A stretch of 64,000 bases of DNA from an uncultured Gammaproteobacteria bacterium (GCA_964589575.1 CAZPSE010000002.1:19658-83657), one strand, 5' to 3'; positions 41,164 through 51,493 are shown, counted from the first letter of the stretch. Numbers and translations: made by a program. The notes: generated by a model from the sequence alone, not told the origin.

Positions 41164-42156
41164 TTATAACTTAAAAATGTCTTTTAGCATGTGAGCATGT
41201 TGGTCACTGCTATTTAAACAAGGTATGTAGTCAAACTGTTCACCGCCATTTTTTATAAAAATTTGTTTATTTACCATCGCCGTTTCTTCTAAGGTTTCTA
41301 AACAATCTACCGCAAACCCTGGGCTAATGACGGCTATTTTTTTTATACCCTGCTTGGCCAGTTTTTTTATGGTTTTATCTGCATAAGGTGACAGCCAAGG
41401 GTCGCGCCCCATACGCGACTGGTACACCAGCTTCCATTGGTGTTTATCTAAAGCGCTGGCTTTTGCAATGGCTTGTACGCTTTGTTCACATTGGTATTGG
41501 TAAGGGTCGCCCGCTTTTATATTACGAACAGGAATACCATGAAATGAAAACAATAATAAATCGGGCTGATTGGTTTTTAAATAATTTTTAATAGTAGTTG
41601 CTATCGCATTGGTGTATTGGTCAAACGCGTAATACTGATTATGAAACGATAAATTAGGAATACGCCGCCACATAATCAAATTTTTTGCCACCAAATCAAA
41701 AATAGGTGCGCTGGTAGTTGCCGAATATTGAGGGTAAAGAGGAATAACTTTTATCGAATCAAAACCCTGTTTAGATATGTCTTTTAATACATTTTTAATA
41801 GATGGTTTGCCATAAGTCATCGCTAAAAACGCACGGTGATTTTCATCACAAATGCTATTGAGTTTTTTGGTCAGCGTTTCACTGTTTACCAGTAATGGTG
41901 AGCCGTTTTTTAGCCATATTTTTTTATATGCCTTAGCCGTTTTGCTGGGCCTAAAGCGTAAAATAAAGCCATGCAAAATGGTTAGCCAAATAAGCCGAGG
42001 CATTTCTACCACTCTTGGATCAGCTAAAAACTCATGCAAATAATTTTTTACATCGTTAACACTGGTAGAGTTTGGTGTGCCTAAGTTAACTAACAAAACG
42101 GCGGTTTTATTTTTATTAGGCGTATCGGGAGAAAAATAATGCTTAAATTGACTCAT
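41164..42156 (-). CDS. hemH: Ferrochelatase
   Basis: 330 aa with LVNLGTPNSTSVNDVKNYLHEFLADPRVVE and LYPQYSATTS motifs. Confidence 0.9.
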   Translation of the reverse strand: MSQFKHYFSPDTPNKNKTAVLLVNLGTPNSTSVNDVKNYLHEFLADPRVVEMPRLIWLTILHGFILRFRPSKTAKAYKKIWLKNGSPLLVNSETLTKKLNSICDENHRAFLAMTYGKPSIKNVLKDISKQGFDSIKVIPLYPQYSATTSAPIFDLVAKNLIMWRRIPNLSFHNQYYAFDQYTNAIATTIKNYLKTNQPDLLLFSFHGIPVRNIKAGDPYQYQCEQSVQAIAKASALDKHQWKLVYQSRMGRDPWLSPYADKTIKKLAKQGIKKIAVISPGFAVDCLETLEETAMVNKQIFIKNGGEQFDYIPCLNSSDQHAHMLKDIFKL

Positions 42157-42233
42157 TTTAAATAAAACATTTTGAAAGAGTCTTCATTATAAATCACATG
42201 AAGGTTTTTATGATTAAAAAAAGACATTTTAAT

Positions 42234-42468
42234 TTAAGAAAACCTGATTAACTGAGTTAAAGCAGAGTTAAAAATTTAACCTTGGTTTATGCATAAATAT
42301 TGGCATTATAGTAATAGCGTTAAGCTTTGCTAGTTTTGACTAAATCGTCAGGAACGATTTGGGGAGCGATAGCGACGTGCGAAGCACCGAGGGCAGGAAG
42401 CCAGAAGCAAAAACACCTAAACGTGCAAGGCTTAACGCTATTATTTTGAATAACTCCAGTCCTTCAAT
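42234..42468. mobile_element. MITE-like repeat, copy 5. The left TIR TTAAGAAAACCTGATTAACTGAG is intact and the right TIR is degenerate (CCAGT--CCTTCAAT).
   Basis: Contains the GGGGAGCGATAGCGACGTG module shared with copies 1 and 3. Confidence 0.65.
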
Positions 42469-42951
42469 ATTTTCTTTAATGCGTACACCAATATGAAGCA
42501 AATATGCCTATTAAATGCGGTTTATTGGTATAAAAAAACTTGGCAAGATTGTACCAAGGGCTTTATAGCTATTTTATTAAAAAAACACTAAAAAAAGAGT
42601 TGACACGTTTTTTATTCCACACAAAAAAAGAATAACGAATAGAAAAATAAAAACGTGACTTAGTTCTCACTAAATTTAGCATTAATTTTATAAGCCAATG
42701 ATTACATTGAAGTTTTTAAAGTGGTCAAAAAATGACACTTTTGTATTTTCGGCTTTTGTAGCGTCCTTATAAGTGCTTATTAAATTGTTTTACACAGAGT
42801 TTTCCACAGCTTATGTGGATAAACTAAATTACCCTTTAACAACAACACTTTAGCTCATTATGGTGATTAATTGCTCATCAAATCGTTGTAACTACATTAC
42901 AATTTCATAATATAATAATGCTCTACTAAAAAACCGCTAAAGCCCCTATAA

Positions 42952-43302
42952 ATGCCTAATAAATTTATTTTTGATACCGACTTAAACAGCTTTGACCAAA
43001 ATGTGCTGCTAGCATCAAACACTATCCCCGTTTTGGTAGATTTTTGGGCAGACTGGTGTGGTCCATGTATTGTTATTGCCCCTATTTTAAATCAGGTAAT
43101 TAACGAGATGAGCGGACAAATAAAACTTGCCAAACTTGAAGTAGACGAGGGTAAAAACATGAAACTTGCAGGTCGCTATAAGGTACGTGGTTTCCCAACC
43201 ATTATGCTTTTTGAACAAGGCCAAGAAGTAGCACGTTTTAGTAGCGCAAAACCCAAGCATTTTATTGAGTCTTTTATTTTTGAACATTCAAAAATGCTTT
43301 AA
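42952..43302 (+). CDS. trxA: Thioredoxin
   Basis: WADWCGPC active site; 116 aa. Confidence 0.85.
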   Translation: MPNKFIFDTDLNSFDQNVLLASNTIPVLVDFWADWCGPCIVIAPILNQVINEMSGQIKLAKLEVDEGKNMKLAGRYKVRGFPTIMLFEQGQEVARFSSAKPKHFIESFIFEHSKML

Positions 43303-43365
43303 TTTAAAAAAATACTGCGTTAACTAGGCGTAAAATTGACATCAAACCCAAACCGACGAGAAAAA

Positions 43366-44199
43366 ATGAGTAACGAATCTAACGACATCACCTGTATTTA
43401 TCATAAAAACTGCCCCGACGGTTTTGGTGCGGCACTTGCTGTACATATTTGGGCAAAAAAGCTCAATAAAACCGTCACTTTTTATGCGGCCAATCATGGC
43501 AACCCGCCGCCTGTTGTTACGGGTAAGACCGTATATATTGTCGACTTTGCCTACCCACGCGAAACGCTTTTAGCACTTAAAAAAGAAGCAAACTCGGTTT
43601 TAGTGATAGACCACCATAAAACCGCTCAAGAAGATTTAAAAGGTTTGAGTTTTTGTATTTTTGATATGGAAAAATCAGGCGCGGTATTAACTTGGCAGCA
43701 CTTTTTTCCTGATACGCCAATACCTTTATTACTGCAATACATTCAAGATAAAGATTTATGGCATTGGCAATTAGAAAACAGCAAAGAAATTTCATCTGCT
43801 TTGTCTGCAACCAGCATGGATTTTGATACTTGGGAACATTACCTCAACGATGAAAACATCAAAACGTTGATAACAAAAGGTCAAACCATTTTAGAATATC
43901 AGCAACAAAAAGTACAAAAAATAGCCAATGCAGAAATACCGCTGACAGAAATAGCCGGTTATAACGTGCCCTGCATCAACACCACCCAACTCATATCAGA
44001 AATTGGAAACGTACTAGCAAAAGGCCACCCTTTTGCCGCCATGTACTTTGAAACCGCAACCGACCGCATTTACTCGTTAAGATCTGACGAAGACGGTATA
44101 GATGTTTCGGCAATTGCTTTATTATTTGGTGGCGGCGGGCATTTTCATGCCGCTGGGTTTAGAGTAAAAAAACCAGAGGTGGAACTGATACCTCTTTAG
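43366..44199 (+). CDS. DHH-family phosphoesterase (NrnA-like)
   Basis: CPDGFGAA and IDHHK motifs. The ORF track starts at a TTG at 43336, but the ATG at 43366 is preferred. Confidence 0.65.
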   Translation: MSNESNDITCIYHKNCPDGFGAALAVHIWAKKLNKTVTFYAANHGNPPPVVTGKTVYIVDFAYPRETLLALKKEANSVLVIDHHKTAQEDLKGLSFCIFDMEKSGAVLTWQHFFPDTPIPLLLQYIQDKDLWHWQLENSKEISSALSATSMDFDTWEHYLNDENIKTLITKGQTILEYQQQKVQKIANAEIPLTEIAGYNVPCINTTQLISEIGNVLAKGHPFAAMYFETATDRIYSLRSDEDGIDVSAIALLFGGGGHFHAAGFRVKKPEVELIPL

Positions 44200-44226
44200 G
44201 GCATCTTTAAGGTTTTACAAACAAGG

Positions 44227-44286
44227 GCAAGGGGTCGCACGCATAATGCTCCAAGCAATTCTGTGTACCTACATCCATGTAGGCAA
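44227..44286 (-). repeat. Family-B hairpin repeat, copy 3 (reverse orientation)
   Basis: About 98% identical to the reverse complement of 14879-14938. Confidence 0.7.
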
Positions 44287-44316
44287 CGATTTTAGTGTTT
44301 TTTGAGGGTATTATTT

Positions 44317-45615
44317 TTAATTCGATAAATCAAAATTATAGTTAAGGCTTACATCCAAACGGTCGAACTTACTTATTGCGTTAAGAAAAACGTCTGACCC
44401 TGTTGAGTTGATGATGCTTAGTTGCGTAGTAACCGTCCACTCATCATCTAACTTGTAGGTTAAGCCAGCGCGTATTAAATGGTTATCAATATTGTTGCCC
44501 AGTACCAGTAAAACCACATTGGCACTTAGGTCGTCTTTTAAAAATTGGTCGCTCCACGTAACTGCTGTAACTTTAGACCCTTCGCCAGCCAATACCGCGT
44601 TGTCATCCGTCACGGGTGACTCGCCCGACATTTCTACAATCCAATTACCAAAGGTTTTGTGAGAATAGTCAAAACCTGCCATTATTTTATAACTGTTGTT
44701 ATTTTTAACACCATTAAAGCTTAATAACTGCATGGGTTTGTCTTTTATAAACAAGCCTTCTAGTTTCCATAAAAATGGATCGGCAGAATATACTAAACCT
44801 AAACCGGCTACTGGGTTTTTTAAATAGGTTTGTTCATGGTTAATAATTAAAGGGTCTCGCTGATGCACGTCACCCACTACGGCAGAGTATTCCCATTTAT
44901 CAAAAACTTGGTTTAGCCGTATTGCCCATTCGGCATTGTTATCACTAACATTGTTGGGAGACTGTGGCACGACATTGTACGGATGCCCCGCCTCTATTTG
45001 GCTATTATTAAGTGCTTGCGGTACAACAATAAAATTCATTTCTTTATTGCCACTATACCAATCGAGTTTGATTACGTTTTGCCCTACTTTAATTTCTTCT
45101 GGTTTGGCAAATAATGATGCCGAGTTATCTACGGGGCTGATAATGTCGATAATGGTTGATAAGTCGGCCTTGCCCCAAGTTACAATGCTTTTGCCTACGG
45201 TAAGTGTTTTATCGCCAAAGGCTTTTTTCCAATACAGTTCGCGTACCACGGGGTCTAGTTGGTAGCGGTTTTGTACTGCTTGGCTGTCACCCTCTATTTT
45301 AAACGCATAGTTATTGCGAATGGTAAGCTCGCCATAAAACTGCCCGTAATGGGTTTGTTTGTCGGCAATTAATTGTGCGTAGGGGCCTGCTGTTATCCAA
45401 CGTTTTGGTGAGTCTATTTGATAACCCAAATCAAAACTAAGTTTACCCCTTAATGGAAAACCTAGCTGTTCTTGTTCAATAAAAACATCATCAAACTCAA
45501 AGCTCACTTCGGTATTTTGAAGCGTTTCTTCTACAGAAAATTCTACTTCTATTTGCTGTGCATTTAGGTTTAAAGAAAAACAAATAAAGGTTATATAAGT
45601 AAACAGTTTAATCAT
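44317..45615 (-). CDS. Secreted, beta-rich hypothetical protein, candidate outer-membrane component of the upstream RND system
   Basis: Signal peptide. Last gene of the TetR-RND-LolA-like operon. Confidence 0.4.
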   Translation of the reverse strand: MIKLFTYITFICFSLNLNAQQIEVEFSVEETLQNTEVSFEFDDVFIEQEQLGFPLRGKLSFDLGYQIDSPKRWITAGPYAQLIADKQTHYGQFYGELTIRNNYAFKIEGDSQAVQNRYQLDPVVRELYWKKAFGDKTLTVGKSIVTWGKADLSTIIDIISPVDNSASLFAKPEEIKVGQNVIKLDWYSGNKEMNFIVVPQALNNSQIEAGHPYNVVPQSPNNVSDNNAEWAIRLNQVFDKWEYSAVVGDVHQRDPLIINHEQTYLKNPVAGLGLVYSADPFLWKLEGLFIKDKPMQLLSFNGVKNNNSYKIMAGFDYSHKTFGNWIVEMSGESPVTDDNAVLAGEGSKVTAVTWSDQFLKDDLSANVVLLVLGNNIDNHLIRAGLTYKLDDEWTVTTQLSIINSTGSDVFLNAISKFDRLDVSLNYNFDLSN

Positions 45616-45641
45616 AAAATTTTGATAACAGGCAAGCGTAG

Positions 45642-46517
45642 CTACTTCGCCATCGCCCTTATTGGCTTTAATTGAGACTCTCTAAAGCTGGCATCATTTA
45701 ACATACGTGTACCCAACAACGCATCGGGCACGTCTATATTTAACGCCATTTTTGTGGTTCGCATCATGCTCATCCGTTGATTAGCATGGTTTAATATTAG
45801 CAGTTGTTTTGCCACCCAAATACCGTCTACTTTTTGCACACGTTGATTAAGTAAAGTCTTTTTCAATTTGCCTTGGCGGTCATACATTTCTATTTTTAAA
45901 ACCAGTAATCGGTCTTTGTCTACCCAGTTTTTAGTGTATGAGTACGACGTTTTTGTTGCTTGTTGCGGGGTTGGTGTGCTTTTAATTACCCATACAGGCC
46001 GCTTACTTTGTGTGCTTTCTTTCAGTAACTCATAGGTATAATCATTAATGTGGCGTTTTTCTATGTCTTCATAAGACAATTCTGAACCAAATAAACTGCC
46101 CGTTTTTGCGCCGTCATCGGTTTCGGAAATAATGCGCTTTAGTTTTCGCATGGCGGGTAAGTACATCCACTGCTGCGAGTCTTTGGCATTGTCGTCGTAA
46201 TCGTTTTGTAAAAACGCCATGCCTTTTTCAGACGCAGGTTTAATAATTATATTTAAACCACGGCTGTCTTTTAAGTTATCACCTATGTCTTTATTTAAAC
46301 CTTCAAACTGTTTTACACGCGGTTTACTTATGCACTTGTACTTGCCATCTTTAACTTTAAAACGGCAACTCATTAACTGGCTTTGGCTATAGCTGGTTTT
46401 ACCGTCGTCTCGGTCTAACACTTTTTGCATAATTTCTTTTGCAGTGGGTGTTGCACTTACACTTTGGCTAATAAAAATAGCACCGGCTATAAGCGTATTA
46501 ATTAGTAATTTTTTCAT
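45642..46517 (-). CDS. LolA-like outer-membrane lipoprotein-sorting-type periplasmic protein
   Basis: Signal peptide. Resembles proteins annotated as outer membrane lipoprotein-sorting protein that accompany HAE3-type RND exporters. Confidence 0.5.
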   Translation of the reverse strand: MKKLLINTLIAGAIFISQSVSATPTAKEIMQKVLDRDDGKTSYSQSQLMSCRFKVKDGKYKCISKPRVKQFEGLNKDIGDNLKDSRGLNIIIKPASEKGMAFLQNDYDDNAKDSQQWMYLPAMRKLKRIISETDDGAKTGSLFGSELSYEDIEKRHINDYTYELLKESTQSKRPVWVIKSTPTPQQATKTSYSYTKNWVDKDRLLVLKIEMYDRQGKLKKTLLNQRVQKVDGIWVAKQLLILNHANQRMSMMRTTKMALNIDVPDALLGTRMLNDASFRESQLKPIRAMAK

Positions 46518-49113
46518 TTTCTGCCTTAATTTTTGCTATTTCTTTTTCAAAAGGTTTAAACACGTAAATCATCGCGGGTAATAATAAAATATCCGCTAGC
46601 AGTGCGGTAAACATGGCAATGGCCGCCAAAATACCAAAGTTAGATAAACCTTGATGCACCGATAGTAAAAACACTAAAAAGCCCAATGATAAAACGATAG
46701 AGGTATACACCATCGCTTGCCCCACATGTTTAAGGCTAGACTTAATAGCCTGTTTAGAATTTTTGCCACTTAATAACTCGGTTCGGTAGTGGGTTAAAAA
46801 GTGAATAGAGTCATCTACCGCAATGCCTATGGCTAGGGGCATCACCAGTAAGGTGTCCATGTCTAACGCAATGCCTGCCCAACCGGTTACCCCCATAAGC
46901 ATAATAATAGGGAATATATTGGGCACCATCGCCATCGCACCAAATTTTAATGAGCCAAATATCAGCAATAACAACACGGCAATAACCGCAATAACCAACA
47001 CGTACGATTTGACTTGAGCGTTAGATATAAACTCCATCATGGTCATCATTAACGGCACACTACCGGTTACCGATGTTTTAAAGTCGGGGTTTTGTGCGCG
47101 TATGTCGGCAAAACTTTCATCCATCCAAACATTTATTTCTTCGGTAAATGTGGCGTATTGTGTCGACCCCTTGGTTAGTACACTTATGGTTAAACGGGCT
47201 ACTTGCCATTCGTCATCTACAAACAGTTTTCGGGTGGCACTGTCTGCCGACTCAAAACTAAACAAGGTTTGCGATAGCACATCGGGGTCGTTTGGAATAA
47301 TGTAGTTTTCACCACTGCCATCGGTCATATTTTGATACGAGCGTTTAGCCAGTTTGACTACCGAATCTACTTTACTCACTAAGTCGGGTCGGCCATTGAG
47401 GATTTTTTGCTCTAAAACATCAATCGCTTTTAGTAGTTGTGGGTTTTTAATACCGTCAGGCGAGCCTGAATCTATCAATATCTCAGCTGTTGATGTGCCA
47501 CCAAAATTACCATCAATTTCACGCAAAGCCAAACGCAAACCGGGGCCTTCTTTAATCATGGTGGTAATGTTGGTGTCTATAAACACTTTAGGAATACCTG
47601 CTAAACCAATGGCACTTACGACTATAAAAATAAAAATAATGCGTTTGGGGTAATTTAACCCCCAATCATAAATAACCATTAAGCCGTCTTGCAATTTTTG
47701 GTCAATAGGGCGTATTTTAATTTCACCCGACTTACTGGTAACTTTAGGTGCCCAGTAATGCATACCTACTGGCAAGTAAATAAGGGTTAATACAAACGTT
47801 ACCACCACACTGGTGGCGGCAAAACCTGCAAATGCTTGAATAGGTGCAATGGGCACCACCAACATAGATAACATACCGGCAATGGTTGTAATGGCCGCCA
47901 ATAGTATTGGTAAGCCTGTTTTACGCATGGTTTTACGCATCGCGTCTTGATGTTCTAAACCGCCTTGACGGTACTGTTTATAACCCGATAAAATATGAAT
48001 AGAGGCTGCAATGCCGACCGTTAATATTAAAAATACTATAATATTAATTAGCATATTTACCGCAATACCGCTCCAACCGATTAATCCAAGCGTCCAAATA
48101 ATACCCACACCAACAATAACAGTTGGCCAAATCATACCCGGTAAAGAGCCAACCACTAACCATAAAACAGCCAAAATAAGCACCATAGATAACACCGAGT
48201 ACATAGCCATTTCTTGCAGAACAACTTTATTAAAAAAGTCCATCATCCACGGGTTACCAACGGCTAAATAACCCATTGCTCCTGCATCTGGCGTTAGGCC
48301 TTTTTGCCAGTTTTGTTCTTTTAATACCACTCTAAATGCGGCCATAAAGTCGCTAAATTCTGGCATTCCTGGTGTTTCAAATTTAGGTATCTCTTTGGGG
48401 TCTAAACTTAACCCAGACGGTCTATCTATTACCGCATCAAAATCAAAACTTAATTCATCATCTATTACTATTTTAGCTAAGTTACCACCATCGTTAATTT
48501 CTTCGGTATTTTTTAATCGCGAACCGTAATCGGTTTGAATCATCATTATGCCAAGGGTAGAATCTTTAGAAAACATTCTGCCCGCATAATCATCTTCCTC
48601 TAGTGCCAACTTTCTAATCAACTCTACTTCTGCCGCACTTTTGGGTATGTTATTTTTACCAATAAATTTTCTATTAATCAGTGCATCATCAGTTGTTTCT
48701 AAATAATCGGCAGAGTAAATGCTACGAACTCGGGTAATTCTATTGAGTTCAGAATCTGCTTTAACGCGCTCTTTATTTAGCGCGTCTTCTAAATTTTTTA
48801 CTAAATTTAAACTCTCGGCACTAAACACATCCCCGTCAGAGGGCTTAAACATCATTATTAAAAACTGATCGCCACCAAATAAAAAGTGAAACACATCGTA
48901 AGAATGTAAAGCAGGGTCGTCGGTATTAAAAAATGCCTCCATCGACATATCTAATTTAATACGCGGTATGCCCGCCATAAAAAAAAGGGTTAATAGCAAC
49001 AAAGAAAGCACTAATTTTTTTGCATGCTTTACAGAAAAATCGGGGATTTTCTCCATCGTATTGGTAATACCCGTTAGTACCTTATTTACTTTAGATATAA
49101 ATGTATTGGCCAT
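46498..49113 (-). CDS. RND-superfamily exporter of the HAE3/MMPL type
   Basis: 871 aa with two bundles of TM helices, each preceded by a large periplasmic loop. Confidence 0.8.
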   Translation of the reverse strand: MANTFISKVNKVLTGITNTMEKIPDFSVKHAKKLVLSLLLLTLFFMAGIPRIKLDMSMEAFFNTDDPALHSYDVFHFLFGGDQFLIMMFKPSDGDVFSAESLNLVKNLEDALNKERVKADSELNRITRVRSIYSADYLETTDDALINRKFIGKNNIPKSAAEVELIRKLALEEDDYAGRMFSKDSTLGIMMIQTDYGSRLKNTEEINDGGNLAKIVIDDELSFDFDAVIDRPSGLSLDPKEIPKFETPGMPEFSDFMAAFRVVLKEQNWQKGLTPDAGAMGYLAVGNPWMMDFFNKVVLQEMAMYSVLSMVLILAVLWLVVGSLPGMIWPTVIVGVGIIWTLGLIGWSGIAVNMLINIIVFLILTVGIAASIHILSGYKQYRQGGLEHQDAMRKTMRKTGLPILLAAITTIAGMLSMLVVPIAPIQAFAGFAATSVVVTFVLTLIYLPVGMHYWAPKVTSKSGEIKIRPIDQKLQDGLMVIYDWGLNYPKRIIFIFIVVSAIGLAGIPKVFIDTNITTMIKEGPGLRLALREIDGNFGGTSTAEILIDSGSPDGIKNPQLLKAIDVLEQKILNGRPDLVSKVDSVVKLAKRSYQNMTDGSGENYIIPNDPDVLSQTLFSFESADSATRKLFVDDEWQVARLTISVLTKGSTQYATFTEEINVWMDESFADIRAQNPDFKTSVTGSVPLMMTMMEFISNAQVKSYVLVIAVIAVLLLLIFGSLKFGAMAMVPNIFPIIMLMGVTGWAGIALDMDTLLVMPLAIGIAVDDSIHFLTHYRTELLSGKNSKQAIKSSLKHVGQAMVYTSIVLSLGFLVFLLSVHQGLSNFGILAAIAMFTALLADILLLPAMIYVFKPFEKEIAKIKAENEKITN

Positions 49114-49119
49114 TTTTTC

Positions 49120-49734
49120 CTATCTTTTATTTTCATTATTGACGAATAAGGCAATCATCAAAATAAAATCTTCTGTAATTTGAGTAAATCGTTTTTTATT
49201 GGGGTCTATTAAGTAGTGCTGACACAATCCAATAAAGTGCATGTCTATCATGTATGCCAAACTGTTTGTTTTTTGTTCATCAAAGCCGTTAGGCAACAGT
49301 GGTTTTAAATAATTTGCCCACGTTGCTACATTGTTTTTGCACATGCTTTTAAAACGCGTCATTGTTTCTGGCTTATTTCTAGACTGATCCATAAACGACA
49401 GCAATGCGGTAAACACTTCGGGGCTTTGTTCTATAAACTTAAAAGCAAACGCTAAAGAAAACCGAATATAATTTTCGTAAGAATCAAACTGCTCTTTACT
49501 TGCTTGCTGGTTAAAGCCTGCAATAATCGAGTCTAAAATATAAATATAAAAGTCTTCTATTTGTGCAAAATGATGAAAAAAAGTACTTTTACTTAGCCCC
49601 GCTTGTTTAGCAATATTTGCCGCACTTAATGACTTAACCCCACCGTCTTTTAACAAAACAAAGGCTGCCATTAATAATTTTTGTTGTGATTGTTGGGCTT
49701 TGGTCAATTTTGGCATTCGGCAAGAATAAAACAA
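49120..49734 (-). CDS. TetR/AcrR-family transcriptional regulator
   Basis: N-terminal HTH (LSAANIAKQAGLSKSTFFHHF). Confidence 0.85.
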   Translation of the reverse strand: MFYSCRMPKLTKAQQSQQKLLMAAFVLLKDGGVKSLSAANIAKQAGLSKSTFFHHFAQIEDFYIYILDSIIAGFNQQASKEQFDSYENYIRFSLAFAFKFIEQSPEVFTALLSFMDQSRNKPETMTRFKSMCKNNVATWANYLKPLLPNGFDEQKTNSLAYMIDMHFIGLCQHYLIDPNKKRFTQITEDFILMIALFVNNENKR

Positions 49735-49890
49735 ACCGACCGGTCGGTCAATAAGGTTTTATATATTCAAGCTACAAACAATTAATAAGATGCCCCATAA
49801 TAATACACACACTAAATAAATGTAGCAAAGCTACAAATAAAGCGTTAAAATTGCGGGTTCTGTTAAATATTTACATCATTTGGACAAAAT

Positions 49891-50172
49891 ATGGCACGCG
49901 TTACGGTAGAAGATTGTTTAGAGCAAGGCATTGGACGTTTTGATTTGATTTTAGTTGCGGCTAAAAGAGCACGCCAAATAGCTAACGGCGCAGACCCTTT
50001 AATCCCTTCTAATGGTGATAAAGCAACCGTTATCGCCTTGCGTGAAATTGCAGAAGGTTTAATTGGCGCAGACTTTTTAGAAGAAGAAGATAAAACCACC
50101 GATGATGCATTAACCGCCTTTTTAGAAGAAGAAGCAGCATTAGCTAAAGAAGCATCTCCAGCTGTAAGTTAA
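49891..50172 (+). CDS. rpoZ: DNA-directed RNA polymerase omega subunit
   Basis: [30 protein letters not shown] is a near-canonical RpoZ N-terminus. Confidence 0.9.
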   Translation: MARVTVEDCLEQGIGRFDLILVAAKRARQIANGADPLIPSNGDKATVIALREIAEGLIGADFLEEEDKTTDDALTAFLEEEAALAKEASPAVS

Positions 50173-50177
50173 CTCTA

Positions 50178-50203
50178 TTGGGCTTAATTTCTTATTAAGC
50201 CCA
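50178..50203 (+). terminator. Hairpin TTGGGCTTAAT-ttc-TTATTAAGCCCAA after rpoZ, with a weak U-tract
   Basis: Seen in sequence. Confidence 0.35.
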
Positions 50204-50299
50204 AGCACCTCATGTTTTCGGTTTATTTTCCCTTTCTTTTTTTTAATCGAACAAAACCTTTACCCCTTTTTTTAGTTTTCCCTATTTATAAACAAAATA

Positions 50300-51493
50300 A
50301 TGGTGCCTAAAAAATACAATGTTGTCATTATTGGCGGTGGCGCAGCCGGTTTAATGTGTGCCATTAGCGCAGGCAGCCGTGGTAAAAGCGTAGTGGTTTT
50401 AGACCATGCCAAACAAGTTGGCAGTAAAATATTAATGTCGGGCGGTGGCCGTTGTAACTTTACCAATTACAATATTGAGCCCAGTAACTACCTTTCTCAC
50501 AACCCTCACTTTTGTAAATCTGCACTTAGCCGTTACAGCCAGTGGGATTTTATTGCCTTGGTCGAAAAACACAACATTGCCTATCACGAAAAAACCTTAG
50601 GGCAATTATTTTGCGACAATAAAGCAAAAGATATTTTAAACATGCTTTTAGACGAATGCGCGCAAAACAAGGTAAGCATCGACACCAAATGCAGTATAGA
50701 AAAAGTCATTAAATTGGATAATGGTTACCAAATAGTCACCTCAAAAGGTGACTATTTGTGCCAATCTTTAGTGGTATCTACGGGTGGTTTATCTATACCG
50801 ACCATGGGTGCAACAGGTTTGGGTTATCAAATTGCACAACAGTTTGGTCATACACTTTATCCACGTACCCCAGCTTTAGTGGCGTTTACCTTAAACCCTA
50901 AAATGCTTAAAGACTTTAACGGTTTGTCTGGCACATCCATCAGTGCAATTGTTTCTTGCAATAATCAACGTTTTAAAGAAAATATTTTGCTTACCCATCG
51001 TGGTATTAGCGGCCCTGCCATTTTACAAATATCTTCTTACTGGCAAGCAGGTGATGCTATTACTATTAATTTATTACCCAGCAATGATATTTATTCGGTT
51101 TTAAAATCGGCTCAAAACCACTCGCCAAACAGTCAATTAAATACCTTATTGAATGCTTTTTTTAGTAAAAAGCTAAGCTTAACGTTTTGCCAATTGTGGT
51201 TTAGCAGTTTTTATCTAAAAGCCATTGCACAAGTAACAGACAACGACATAAAAAAGGTTGCCGAGCAATTACATAACTGGACATTTAAACCTGCAGGGAC
51301 AGAAGGTTACAGAAAAGCAGAAGTAACGCTTGGCGGTGTCAACACTGATGAAATTTCGTCTAAAACCTTTGAAAGCAAACACGCCAATGGGTTATATTTT
51401 ATTGGCGAGGTATTAGACGTTACAGGCCATTTAGGTGGCTATAACTTCCAATGGGCTTGGGCATCTGCCGATGCAGCAGGGCAAGCAGTGTAG
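50300..51493 (+). CDS. HI0933/YhiN-like FAD-dependent flavoprotein (aminoacetone-oxidase family)
   Basis: N-terminal VVIIGGGAAGLMCA Rossmann motif and a GGGRCN motif. Confidence 0.85.
   Translation: MVPKKYNVVIIGGGAAGLMCAISAGSRGKSVVVLDHAKQVGSKILMSGGGRCNFTNYNIEPSNYLSHNPHFCKSALSRYSQWDFIALVEKHNIAYHEKTLGQLFCDNKAKDILNMLLDECAQNKVSIDTKCSIEKVIKLDNGYQIVTSKGDYLCQSLVVSTGGLSIPTMGATGLGYQIAQQFGHTLYPRTPALVAFTLNPKMLKDFNGLSGTSISAIVSCNNQRFKENILLTHRGISGPAILQISSYWQAGDAITINLLPSNDIYSVLKSAQNHSPNSQLNTLLNAFFSKKLSLTFCQLWFSSFYLKAIAQVTDNDIKKVAEQLHNWTFKPAGTEGYRKAEVTLGGVNTDEISSKTFESKHANGLYFIGEVLDVTGHLGGYNFQWAWASADAAGQAV

Noticed and set aside
42470-42951. Possible chromosomal replication origin (AT-rich, DnaA boxes)
   Set aside because: Only one perfect and two imperfect boxes, no gidA/mioC/dnaA context and no DUE-like 13-mer repeats.
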